Positions 37,420 to 46,660 of a stretch of DNA of 64,000 bases are shown here, piece by piece. Position numbers and translations under genes: made by a program. The notes beneath the pieces were generated by a model, which saw only the letters and a list, made by a program, of their open reading frames with translations, did not search any database and was not told the origin of the DNA. How positions within the stretch are numbered: the stretch's first letter is position 1; each line of letters begins with the position of its first letter. This stretch comes from a virus (lineage: Duplodnaviria > Caudoviricetes), in IMG/VR virus record IMGVR_UViG_3300024249_000001, positions 935 to 64,934 of that record; one strand, given 5' to 3'.

Positions 37420-37961
37420 TGTCCTTCATGGGGCCCATTCCGCCAGTTGCCTCTTCCCAAACGAGCAAGTTATTTGCGCCTGCTGCGCCCAAGCCCGCTC
37501 CGATTATCCCGCCGGTCCAAGCTGCCGCGTCTGATCCGCTGGACTTCACTGCGCACTATAACACCCCAATCCCGCCCGCGCGTCAAGCGGCATTTGACCA
37601 GTGGGTCCAAGCACGCACGGCAGCCGGACGGAACCCGCTCAATGACCGATATGATTACGACGTGAATGGATATTTTTTGTCCGGCGCTGCCAACGACCCG
37701 CGCGGCCACGGACCGGATACGTTCAAGAAACCGAACCATCCGACGTTCTCCAACGAGAGCCAGTATCACGGCCGCGATGGGAACTATGGCGGGAGATGGA
37801 TCACTCAAAACGGCGGGAGTTTCTACGAGCCCTCGTCGCACAATATTCGAATGCACGGGATTGATAAGCTCAAGCAGTATTTCCAGCAGGTCGAACCCGA
37901 GACGCAATTGCTCGTGCCGCCTATGAGCCCACAGCAGATCGGTGCGGGAGTGATCCGATGA
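37419..37961 (+). CDS. conserved phage protein
   Basis: YDVNGYF...GHGPDTFKKPNHPTFSNES motif. Confidence 0.6.
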   Translation: MSFMGPIPPVASSQTSKLFAPAAPKPAPIIPPVQAAASDPLDFTAHYNTPIPPARQAAFDQWVQARTAAGRNPLNDRYDYDVNGYFLSGAANDPRGHGPDTFKKPNHPTFSNESQYHGRDGNYGGRWITQNGGSFYEPSSHNIRMHGIDKLKQYFQQVEPETQLLVPPMSPQQIGAGVIR

Positions 37962-38086
37962 CCCTCGGCGAATACATCCTGGAGCTAAAGGACGCCCTCG
38001 CCGCGCTCCAAGCGGAAGTCGAAGCGCTCAAAGCCCGCGTGCTCGAACTTGAATCCCGGCCACGCGCAAGGAGTGCTCGTGCCTGA
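37958..38086 (+). CDS. small coiled-coil protein
   Basis: Read manually; ATGA overlap. Confidence 0.45.
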   Translation: MTLGEYILELKDALAALQAEVEALKARVLELESRPRARSARA

Positions 38087-40694
38087 GATCATCCGCCTCC
38101 CCACACGCATGGACTGCGACGGCCTGGACGTCATGCACCCCGCCGACCGGATGCCGCCCAAGACCTTCCCCGTGCTCCAAAACGCGCGGGTGGTTGAGGA
38201 AGGGCGGCTGGAATCCCGCCCCGGATACACGCCCTACGACACCGGCACCCGCGTGCACTCCATGCGCAGGCTGAACGACCCGGCGGATCTGTTCAACACC
38301 GCCGGATACACGAACGTGGTTGGAGACGGGAATCTCCTGCGCGTCGGACCCCAGGGCGCTCTAGTCACGGTCGATCAAGACTACTCAGGGCACCCGCTCT
38401 CGCTGCTGACGTTCCGTCCGGACCAGTCCCCCGAGACCTGGATGTACGTGTACGACCAGAACAAACAGGCGAAGGTCAGGCCGGACGGGGTGGTACAACC
38501 CATCGGAGTCCCCCCGCCGGCGACCGGCCCGGTGGCCAACGCCACCTATGGCCCCCCGGCGAACGTCGACGCCTCGATCGGGCAGGCGACCGCCGGGTGG
38601 GCCCCGCAGGGCGGCGCCGGAGCCGTGACCCTGGGCGACCGTGCCTCGCAGATGTCCACCGGGACCGGACTCACGATCGGGACGATTCTTTACGACGTTG
38701 GCACCAATGGATGGTGCGTGATCGTCCCCGCCTCGGGCACTCCCGGGGATCTCGTGCCGGACCAAATGGGCAACCGGATGAAAGTGATCCTCCAGACCGG
38801 ACCCGAGACCGTGCTGGTCCGCGAGGTCCATGCTGATGTTGGAACGACCACGATCGCCGGAATCCAGTACGACCTGGGAAATAACGGCGTCTGCACCATC
38901 GTACTCGCCTCCCAGCCCACAGGCGGGAACCTCCAGGCCCTCACCCGGAACTCGGTCCTGAGGCTGGGAGGGGGCGAGTACGTCCGGGTGCTCTCCGTCA
39001 CGCTCTCCCCAGACGGCTCGACGTATTCGATCCGGTGCTCCACGCTAGCCACCCACTTCGCCGGGGACGCCGTCGCCGGGGCGCTCTCCTGGTACTGCTA
39101 CACCGTGGGCACGCACGCCGCAGGCGAGACCATTGCTTCGCATTACATCTATGCCGCAGTCGCCAGCGCCACTCCGGTCACCAGCTCGCTCCTGGCCGCC
39201 TCGCTCTCGCTCAACCTCGGCTCCGCATCCTCCCGCCCGATCGACCCGGCGAACGACTGGATGCATATCAGCTTTTACTGCGACGCCCCGCAGAACCTCG
39301 GATACCTGCTGCTACAAATCTACATCGGCACCGGCGCGGCGAACGACTACTACGGCTGGACCGTGACGGCGGACACGCTCTCCAGCGGCTGGAACGAGAT
39401 CCTCCTGCCGATCGCCAGCGCCGACCGGGTCGGCGCGCACACCGGGGATTCGCTCTCGAACTCCACCGGGCTCCAGGTGTTCGTCCAGTCCAACGGGCCG
39501 CTGACGTTTGGGTTCGACTGGTGGTATCTCTTTGGGACCTACGGGCCGACGGTCCAGCCCAATTCGCCGGTGGGACTCAGCTACGTCTCGACCAACCGGA
39601 ACTCAGGGACAGGCGCGGCTAGTGTCCCGAGTCCTCCCCTGCGGTTCCAGCTGTTCCCGCTGCGCGAGCAGGTGCTGGTCACACCCCAGCCGAACGCCCT
39701 CGCATACAACGGCGTGCCATACGTCGACAAGCTCGACATCTATCGCCTGGGCGGATCGATCACGAACTTCACTTATGTGGGAACCGTCGCAAACAATGCA
39801 CTCGCCCCGGCGACTTATGCAGACAACCTGCCCGATACCAGCATCGAGTCCTCTCCCCAAGCGGACTTCAGCCTGATCCAGCCCTGGCCGGTGCTAGTGC
39901 AACCACGCTCCGGGACCGTGAACGTGGTCGGCACCAAGGTGACTTGGAACTCCGGCGACTACTTCGACCTCACGCTGCTCTCGGCAAGCGTGATCCTGAT
40001 CAACGGCGTCGCCTTCCAGACCTACGGGCAGTCCCGGATCGGCACGGACCTGGAACTCTTCCTCAACGCGGGCGTGCAGACGAACGTGCCGTACCAGATC
40101 GCGAGCCCGACCCTCGCCGCCCAGCCGCTCCCGCTCGCCTTCGGACCTCTGGAGGGGCCGCTCGCCCCGGTCGCCTTCGCCTTGGGCGATCTCGTCAACG
40201 CCGGGACGCTCTACTATTCCAATATCTCGAACCTGGACGCCGCCTCGGACCAGAACACGGTGGAAATCGCCCCGCCGGGCGAGCCGCTGATCTCGGGAGC
40301 AGTGTGGAACGGCTACGTAATTGTGGGCAGCCGAGAGAACCTCTATATCGCGCGCTACAGCTATCTCCAGACCCTCGGAGTCCCCGGCCAGACAACGTTC
40401 CAGTTCAATCGGCTGCCCTCGCCCTCCGGCGGGATGTGGTCCCGCTGGTCGGTGTGCGCCGGTGCGGACGGAGTCTACTTCCTCGGCCGCGACGGGATCT
40501 ACCGCGCAACTGAGCAGGGCGCGGTGTCGATCACCGATCACCGGTTGTATCCGCTGTTCCCGCACGACGGGGAACCCGCCCGGACGAGCTATGGTCTGCT
40601 CCCGGTCAACATGTCCAACCTCCCAGCCCTGCGCCTCTCCGCCGCCGACGAGGACGTGTACTTCGACTATTCGACCGCGTCCGGAGCCTCGTAG
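38079..40694 (+). CDS. tail hub/stabilisation protein (P22 gp10-like), N-terminal and main part
   Basis: GTG start with AAGGAG; LQNARV..G.LESRPG, beta-propeller repeats, DGVYFLGRDGIY; ends abruptly at YFDYSTASGAS. Confidence 0.65.
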   Translation: MPEIIRLPTRMDCDGLDVMHPADRMPPKTFPVLQNARVVEEGRLESRPGYTPYDTGTRVHSMRRLNDPADLFNTAGYTNVVGDGNLLRVGPQGALVTVDQDYSGHPLSLLTFRPDQSPETWMYVYDQNKQAKVRPDGVVQPIGVPPPATGPVANATYGPPANVDASIGQATAGWAPQGGAGAVTLGDRASQMSTGTGLTIGTILYDVGTNGWCVIVPASGTPGDLVPDQMGNRMKVILQTGPETVLVREVHADVGTTTIAGIQYDLGNNGVCTIVLASQPTGGNLQALTRNSVLRLGGGEYVRVLSVTLSPDGSTYSIRCSTLATHFAGDAVAGALSWYCYTVGTHAAGETIASHYIYAAVASATPVTSSLLAASLSLNLGSASSRPIDPANDWMHISFYCDAPQNLGYLLLQIYIGTGAANDYYGWTVTADTLSSGWNEILLPIASADRVGAHTGDSLSNSTGLQVFVQSNGPLTFGFDWWYLFGTYGPTVQPNSPVGLSYVSTNRNSGTGAASVPSPPLRFQLFPLREQVLVTPQPNALAYNGVPYVDKLDIYRLGGSITNFTYVGTVANNALAPATYADNLPDTSIESSPQADFSLIQPWPVLVQPRSGTVNVVGTKVTWNSGDYFDLTLLSASVILINGVAFQTYGQSRIGTDLELFLNAGVQTNVPYQIASPTLAAQPLPLAFGPLEGPLAPVAFALGDLVNAGTLYYSNISNLDAASDQNTVEIAPPGEPLISGAVWNGYVIVGSRENLYIARYSYLQTLGVPGQTTFQFNRLPSPSGGMWSRWSVCAGADGVYFLGRDGIYRATEQGAVSITDHRLYPLFPHDGEPARTSYGLLPVNMSNLPALRLSAADEDVYFDYSTASGAS

Positions 40695-40700
40695 GGTCCC

Positions 40701-41951
40701 ATGCCGATCGTCACCCTCGCGCCGATCCTGGCCGATCCGGCGGATTTCTCCCGCCAGTCCGGGACCGAGATCAACCCGTTTATCTTTCTCAAGGGCTCCC
40801 TGATCTATCAGGTCCTGGTCGACAGTAACACCGGCGGACTCGCGGTGTTCAAGGCCACCGCCGCCGGCGTGAACTCCCTGGCGCTCGACGCCGCGAATGC
40901 CCCGCAGATCCGCAGCGGAGGTGCGCTGGTCTGCTATTCCGACCCGGCCTCCGCGATCATTTCCATCGCCTACCGCGAGACCGCCAGCTTCAACCTCGCG
41001 ATTGTAGATTTTGACACCGCGACCGATACTTATGGAACTCCGATCGTCTCGACGCTGAACAGCGGCACGGCATTTGCGGCCGGGGCCGGGCTGTTCCATC
41101 GCACCAGCAACGGACTCTACTACATCATCTACCCCGTCGCAGGACAGCTTTCCTACCGGACCATCGACGGCGGCGGGACCACCTCTGCCGCCGTGGCCAT
41201 GACCCCCGCCGTGAGCGCCGGACAGGGGATGTTCTACACGAAATTCGACGAGTCCACCGGGATCGCCTTCTTCTTTTATCTCGTGAGCATCGCCGGGGGA
41301 CACTTCAACTGCATCACGCTCTCGGCTGCGGATGTCGTCGGAACGCTGGTAAACATCGACACCGATGGCGTCGAATGGGTAGAGGCGGTCATTCAGAGCG
41401 GCACACTCAGCGTCGCCTGGATCAACAACGACGGGAGCAAGGTAAAGACCTCCTCTGCGACCGTTGCCACGGCCCCAACTTTCGCGGCCTCCACCACCCT
41501 CGCCACATTAACGCCGCCCGAAGTAGCCACCTATATTTCGATTACCTTCATCGGCGCGACGCTCACGGTCCTCTGGTGCCTGACGGATCTCTCATTCGAT
41601 CCGGGAGTGGACGAGATTGACTATTCCCAGTTCATCGCGAGCGCCTGGACCGCCCCTGCGGTGTTTTACGACGAACTCACCAATCCTCCCGCGGGCGGCT
41701 TGGCTTATCCCAATCAATTCGTCCACACCCTCCAGGTCTTGGGCACCGCGGGCGGCGGCTGGTTCGCCTTCACTGCGATGGAGACGGAAGCGGCTTGTAC
41801 CGGGTTCATCCTGGTCGCCCCCGGCGCGGCCCCCCCGGTGCCCACGCTCCTCTGCCCGATTGTCTCGACCGCGATGATCGGCGTGCCATTCTCGACCATG
41901 CTGCTTGCGAGCGGCGGCACTCCGCCCTACACGTTCGCGATTCTCAGCTAA
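40701..41951 (+). CDS. beta-propeller-like protein ending in the N-half of a He_PIG domain
   Basis: In frame with the upstream gene (TAG GGT CCC ATG); C-terminus GVPFSTMLLASGGTPPYTFAILS*. Confidence 0.7.
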   Translation: MPIVTLAPILADPADFSRQSGTEINPFIFLKGSLIYQVLVDSNTGGLAVFKATAAGVNSLALDAANAPQIRSGGALVCYSDPASAIISIAYRETASFNLAIVDFDTATDTYGTPIVSTLNSGTAFAAGAGLFHRTSNGLYYIIYPVAGQLSYRTIDGGGTTSAAVAMTPAVSAGQGMFYTKFDESTGIAFFFYLVSIAGGHFNCITLSAADVVGTLVNIDTDGVEWVEAVIQSGTLSVAWINNDGSKVKTSSATVATAPTFAASTTLATLTPPEVATYISITFIGATLTVLWCLTDLSFDPGVDEIDYSQFIASAWTAPAVFYDELTNPPAGGLAYPNQFVHTLQVLGTAGGGWFAFTAMETEAACTGFILVAPGAAPPVPTLLCPIVSTAMIGVPFSTMLLASGGTPPYTFAILS

Positions 41952-41954
41952 GAC

Positions 41955-42461
41955 ATGATCACGCTCACTCTAGCATCCGGCTCAGGGATCGAAGGCGGGA
42001 CGCTCCCGCTCACGCTCACGATTGCCAGCACGAGCGGCGATGCCTGTACATCGGTGCAATTCACCCTCTCCTACAATCCCGCCGATCTCACCCTCACCAG
42101 TGCCGTCGCGGGTGCGTCCGCCACCGGCGCTTCGAAGATGGTGAACCGCGCCGGGAACCTGATCGTGATCTGGGGCCTCAACACGAATGTGATCGCCGAC
42201 GGGACGCTCTGCACCCTGAACTTCTTGGTCTCTAACCCAGTCACGCACGGCTCGATTCCGATCACGCTCACATCCATCGTCGCCTCCGACGCGAGCGCCA
42301 ATCCGCTCTCGACCACCGGGGTCGCCGGGACGGTCACCGTGAATATCGTCACCATTGCATGCCCCGTCGGCGGGGGGAGCGCGTCCAAGGGCCAGAATTA
42401 TTCCGCGCAGCTACTAGCGTCCGGCGGCACTGGTCCGTATACTTTCACTATCACTGGATGA
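41955..42461 (+). CDS. cytoplasmic cohesin-like domain plus the N-half of a He_PIG domain
   Basis: VQFTLSYNPADL...AGASA..ASK...WGLNTNVIADGTL; C-terminus YSAQLLASGGTGPYTFTITG*. Confidence 0.7.
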   Translation: MITLTLASGSGIEGGTLPLTLTIASTSGDACTSVQFTLSYNPADLTLTSAVAGASATGASKMVNRAGNLIVIWGLNTNVIADGTLCTLNFLVSNPVTHGSIPITLTSIVASDASANPLSTTGVAGTVTVNIVTIACPVGGGSASKGQNYSAQLLASGGTGPYTFTITG

Positions 42462-42465
42462 GCTA

Positions 42466-43473
42466 ATGCCATTACCACCTGGGCTGACACTCGACCCCAC
42501 CACCGGAGTGATCTCCGGCGTCCCCACCACCTCCGGGACCTTCGTCTACACCGCCCAGGTCACGGACTCGCTCGGGCAAACGGCAACGGTCACCTGCCAG
42601 ATCGTCGTCCCGGCGCTCCCCCCGCCGGTGGTCCAGGCGTCGAACACCCTCCGCTGGCAGATCGAATCGGTGAACCGCCCAGGGCGGTGGTTCCGCCACG
42701 TCTACGCCGACCCAGTAGTGGCGCACTATCTGAACGAGCCATCCGCTTCGGACCCGAATGAACAACAACTGCTCCTGCTCGGCGCCCCGATCTGGCTCGC
42801 CGGCGGCAACTCCGACAACCACGTCCCGATCGACACGGTGATCCTGGTGCCATCCGCCGACGGCGGCGACGAGCGCGCCCAGAAGCTCTACCCGGACGCC
42901 ATGCTCCAGCTGGACGGCGATGGACTGGTCCAAGTGACTCCCACCTTCCAGTCCGCGCAGGTCAACGCGCCCACCACGCAGGTGATCGCTGCGAACGGAA
43001 TCCAGCAGGCACTGGTGAACATCGCCTCGCTGGCTAATCTCGCCCTGTACCGCAACATCGGAGTGGTCCTGGAGTGGACCGGCGGCCCGGACGGCCCGAG
43101 GATCTACGCCTGGGAGCCCGCCTGGTACCTCCAGCCGTACCTGTCGACATTCTTGGTCACGCAATTTTTGAATCTCTCGTATCCGGGTTGGAAAAGTTTT
43201 CGTAGAATGTATCCCGCGCTCATTTCAACTGCTCCCGTTACGTTTACAATCAAATGCCAAGACGGGCGCACCTTTACTTATGAGATTCCGAGCACCAATG
43301 GGCAATTATTCTTGCTTCCAATGATCGTGAATCATGGGGTCAAGGATTTGGCGTTTGCGCTACAGTTAGACGGCCACGGAACGCCCTTCGCATTATTTCC
43401 AGACGAGTTCGTTCTCGAAGCAAAAGGCTGGAAGGACCCGGAATACTTGCAATTGGCAGTATTCAAGACTTGA
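42466..43473 (+). CDS. C-half of a He_PIG domain plus the C-terminal part of the tail hub protein
   Basis: Begins LPPGLTLDPTTGVISGVPTTSGTF.YTAQVTDS; continues NTL...RWF..VY. Confidence 0.7.
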   Translation: MPLPPGLTLDPTTGVISGVPTTSGTFVYTAQVTDSLGQTATVTCQIVVPALPPPVVQASNTLRWQIESVNRPGRWFRHVYADPVVAHYLNEPSASDPNEQQLLLLGAPIWLAGGNSDNHVPIDTVILVPSADGGDERAQKLYPDAMLQLDGDGLVQVTPTFQSAQVNAPTTQVIAANGIQQALVNIASLANLALYRNIGVVLEWTGGPDGPRIYAWEPAWYLQPYLSTFLVTQFLNLSYPGWKSFRRMYPALISTAPVTFTIKCQDGRTFTYEIPSTNGQLFLLPMIVNHGVKDLAFALQLDGHGTPFALFPDEFVLEAKGWKDPEYLQLAVFKT

Positions 43474-44050
43474 TCCAGATCTTGTTCTTCACGATCTGAA
43501 GTATCAGCGAATTCGATACACCAAAACGTTTTCCAAGCGCGACTGAACTATTTCGGTGCCGATCGTGCGGTTTATATAAACTGCGAATGAGATCGACTTC
43601 AGCCCATGTTAGTTTGGCACTGACATTAGCTTCGCCGCGTTTAAGCTGCTCGGGCTTCTGCCGCGTCCAGTGCGCATCCCCGCGTATCAAACGCTGTGGA
43701 TAAAGACGCGCGCCATTCTCATCCCCAGTCGCACGGTTCGCTCGCCCTTTCTGCACGGCATCCATCGCGTTCTCACGCTGTGAACCTAAAAATAAATGTA
43801 ATCCGTTTAAGCATGGCGGATTGTCGCAGGTATGCAAAACATTTTTCGCCCCCGGATCAATCCCGGTTTGCAGAAAATATCCAATCCGATGCGACAGAAA
43901 TCCACAGTATTGCCCATAGCCGTCATTGTCGACTGATCCGGTCCAAGACCAACACGCATCCGGTTCAAGCCCGCAGAGCACTTTCGACCAAAAGCCTTCA
44001 AGTTGCTGCGGCGTGAAATTCGGAATCGGTCTATTATGTAGGGTAGCCAT
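43463..44050 (-). mobile_element. free-standing HNH homing endonuclease
   Basis: CWSWTG...GYG...HRI...VLHTCDNPPCLNGLHLFLG...N. Confidence 0.88.
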
Positions 44051-44140
44051 GCTCGATCTCCTTTCAAGATCGTCTCGGTCAGAGCCGCACAGGACGTTAT
44101 CGCGTTCGGTGCGGCTCGTTCAATTGTATCAGGAGATCGC

Positions 44141-46258
44141 ATGAATCGAACACTTCTCTTCGCAGTCCTGACGCTGCTTTCATGCGTCCCCGGTTTTGCA
44201 ATGGAGCGCGCGCAGGGCCAATGCGTCCAAGGCGGCAAGGTGATCGTCGCGCCCGCGAGCGTGGGCGGCTCGCCCCAAACGCGCGGGTTCGTCCAGTCAT
44301 ACAAATTCTGTACCGTGACGGTTTATCTGAGCGGCACGGTCACTAAGCCCTCCAATATCTACTCGACCAACACCGGGACGGTCCTCGCGAACCCGTTCAC
44401 CGCTGACCAGTTCGGGCAGTGGTTCTTCTACGCCGCGAACGGCCGCTACGACATCCAGATCGCCGGCGGCGGTCCGCCTGCGCTCGCCGCCCCCTACACC
44501 TTCGGAGACATCCAGCTCTTCGACAACCCCACGCTCACGGACTTCGGCGGGTCTTGCGACGGCTCGACGGACAACACCGCCGCGCTCACCGCGGCCATCG
44601 CAGCCGCCCCGACCCTGCTCGTGATCCCCACCGGCACCTGCGTGTTCGCCTCGAGCATCGCCGTCCCAGCGACCATGGCCCTCGCGATCCAGGGGATCAT
44701 CGCCCCTGCTTCCACCAGGGTCTTCACGATTAATGGCGGGGTGCTCGCCGCATCAACCCAGCGGATCTTCTCCGGCGCGGGATCGATCGTCTTTGGCCCG
44801 GGCGCGGTCACTCAGGTCTATCCGGAATGGTGGGGCGCCGCGGCGGACGGCACCACTGCTTGCTCTCCGGCAATTGCAGCTGCTTACGCAGCGCTCCCCG
44901 CAAACGGCGGCCGCATCGCCTTCGCCGCCGGGACCTACTCGCTCGACGCAGCGCTCTCTTTTGCCACATCTGGAAAGCCCGTGACGCTCCAGGGCAACGC
45001 CGGATCGGCGACCAACTTCACCTTCGTCCCAGTAACCGGAACCGCGCTGCTGTTCAACTACGGCACCGGCCTCAAGATGGGCCACGGGATGCGAGACATT
45101 ACGCTCACCGGCCCGGGCTCAAGCACCAGCACCATCGGCGTGCTCTTCGGCGGGAGCCAGGGCGCCCAGGGCTTCGTGTGCGAGAACTGCAAGGTCCAGG
45201 GCTTCGGCGTGGGCGCCCAACTCGGCGCTAATACCTGGATCACGGCGTTCAACGGCGGGATGCTCCGGTCGAACGGCACGAACCTCCTCCTCCCGTTCGG
45301 CCTGACGCAAGCCGGAGAGAACCTCCAGTTCAACCATGTGACGTTCGCGGACGCGCCGAGTCCCTTCACCAACTCCGTGTGGGTCCAGGGCGGGGGGCAG
45401 GAGGTGATCTTCACCGACTGCTCCTTCGACCAGGCGCAGGTCCGAGTCGGAGACGCCGGGACCGCAGCGGCCCAGGTGGTCATCAAAGGATCGCACTTCG
45501 AGAATCCCAACGGCGGCACGAACTACCCGTTCCTGGTCGTCGACAACAACGCCGGGAATTATCTTCGCCTGACGGATTCCTACATGCTGAACGACACGGC
45601 GGTCGCGGGCCCCTCCAGCTTCATGACCCTCCAGGGCGGGAAGGTGTTCATCAGCGGCCTGGGAATGTTCACCCCCGCCGGCTCCCCGCTCACCAACCTC
45701 GCCGTGCTCTCCAACGCGGTCAACGTGGAGCTCTACGGCTTCAACGATCTCTCCGGGAACATCTCCGGCGCGCTCCTCGGCGGCACCACCACCGGCTACG
45801 TTGTGAACTTCGCTGGCGCGAACACCGGATCGAGCACGCCACAAAATTTCGTCTTGAAGGCCGCAGATGCCGTGGGGGGCGCGCGGCTCGACGTCACCGG
45901 GAACATCCGCTCCAGCGCCCAGCTGGTGAGTCTCCAGGCAACCGGCACCGCCCCGCTCTCAGTGAACTCCACCACTCCCGTGGCGAACCTCTTCACGAAC
46001 CCGCTCACCTTCTCCGCGGCCGGAACGCAATCGACCACGACCACCCATCTCGTCTATGGGAGCGCCGCGCTATCCGGCGGCACCGTCACCATCACGCTCC
46101 TGGGATCCGCGATCTACACCAACTCCTCCTCCTACCAGTGCAACGCGAATGATCTCAGCGCGCTCCAGCCCGTGCGGGTGAATCTCGTCTCAGGGAGCAG
46201 CTTCATCCTCCTCGGCACCGGGACGGACAACGTGAACTATGTATGCCTCGGCAATTGA
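44141..46258 (+). CDS. tailspike/depolymerase with a virion-attachment-like N-domain and an N-terminal signal peptide
   Basis: MNRTLLFAVLTLLSCVPGFA; LANPFTADQFG...FYAANGRYDI; CDGSTDNT and ADGTTACS pectate-lyase-fold starts. Confidence 0.8.
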   Translation: MNRTLLFAVLTLLSCVPGFAMERAQGQCVQGGKVIVAPASVGGSPQTRGFVQSYKFCTVTVYLSGTVTKPSNIYSTNTGTVLANPFTADQFGQWFFYAANGRYDIQIAGGGPPALAAPYTFGDIQLFDNPTLTDFGGSCDGSTDNTAALTAAIAAAPTLLVIPTGTCVFASSIAVPATMALAIQGIIAPASTRVFTINGGVLAASTQRIFSGAGSIVFGPGAVTQVYPEWWGAAADGTTACSPAIAAAYAALPANGGRIAFAAGTYSLDAALSFATSGKPVTLQGNAGSATNFTFVPVTGTALLFNYGTGLKMGHGMRDITLTGPGSSTSTIGVLFGGSQGAQGFVCENCKVQGFGVGAQLGANTWITAFNGGMLRSNGTNLLLPFGLTQAGENLQFNHVTFADAPSPFTNSVWVQGGGQEVIFTDCSFDQAQVRVGDAGTAAAQVVIKGSHFENPNGGTNYPFLVVDNNAGNYLRLTDSYMLNDTAVAGPSSFMTLQGGKVFISGLGMFTPAGSPLTNLAVLSNAVNVELYGFNDLSGNISGALLGGTTTGYVVNFAGANTGSSTPQNFVLKAADAVGGARLDVTGNIRSSAQLVSLQATGTAPLSVNSTTPVANLFTNPLTFSAAGTQSTTTTHLVYGSAALSGGTVTITLLGSAIYTNSSSYQCNANDLSALQPVRVNLVSGSSFILLGTGTDNVNYVCLGN

Positions 46259-46283
46259 TACAGAACGGAGTATAATTCCAAAC

Positions 46284-46655
46284 ATGAAACATCTACGGCT
46301 CATTCCCCTGTTGCTGATCCTTGCGCTCCCAGCCACCACAGCGGCCCTGAAGTCTGGCCGTACTACTTGCCCCACGAGCGGAGTCAAGCAACTCGCGACT
46401 TCCACGACCACCAGCACCAAAGCGATCTGGATCTCCCTCCAGACTCCCGCCGACAACACCGGGACCATCGCGTTCGGCGGGACTAATGTCGTCGCGGTCG
46501 CTAGCTGCAACGGCACGACAGTAGGCAATTGCCTGAGCGCGGGCGGCACCGCGTTCCTCCCACCGGTGTCCAACACCGCCGCGCTCGACTTGAGCCAGAC
46601 CTGGTTTGCCTGCACGGTCGCAGCGGACGTGCTCAGTTATAACTATCTGCAATAG
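46284..46655 (+). CDS. small secreted Cys-containing beta protein
   Basis: MKHLRLIPLLLILALPATTA signal peptide; TATAAT 7 nt upstream. Confidence 0.65.
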   Translation: MKHLRLIPLLLILALPATTAALKSGRTTCPTSGVKQLATSTTTSTKAIWISLQTPADNTGTIAFGGTNVVAVASCNGTTVGNCLSAGGTAFLPPVSNTAALDLSQTWFACTVAADVLSYNYLQ

Positions 46656-46660
46656 CTCCA

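Noticed and set aside
40692-42461. Genome-wide stop-codon reassignment to explain the in-frame stops
   Set aside because: The three junctions use three different stops (TAG, TAA, TGA), and conserved genes are intact under the standard code.
31130-44050. Group I introns around the homing endonucleases
   Set aside because: The flanking genes look complete with their own starts and stops; no interrupted reading frame or intron core was seen.
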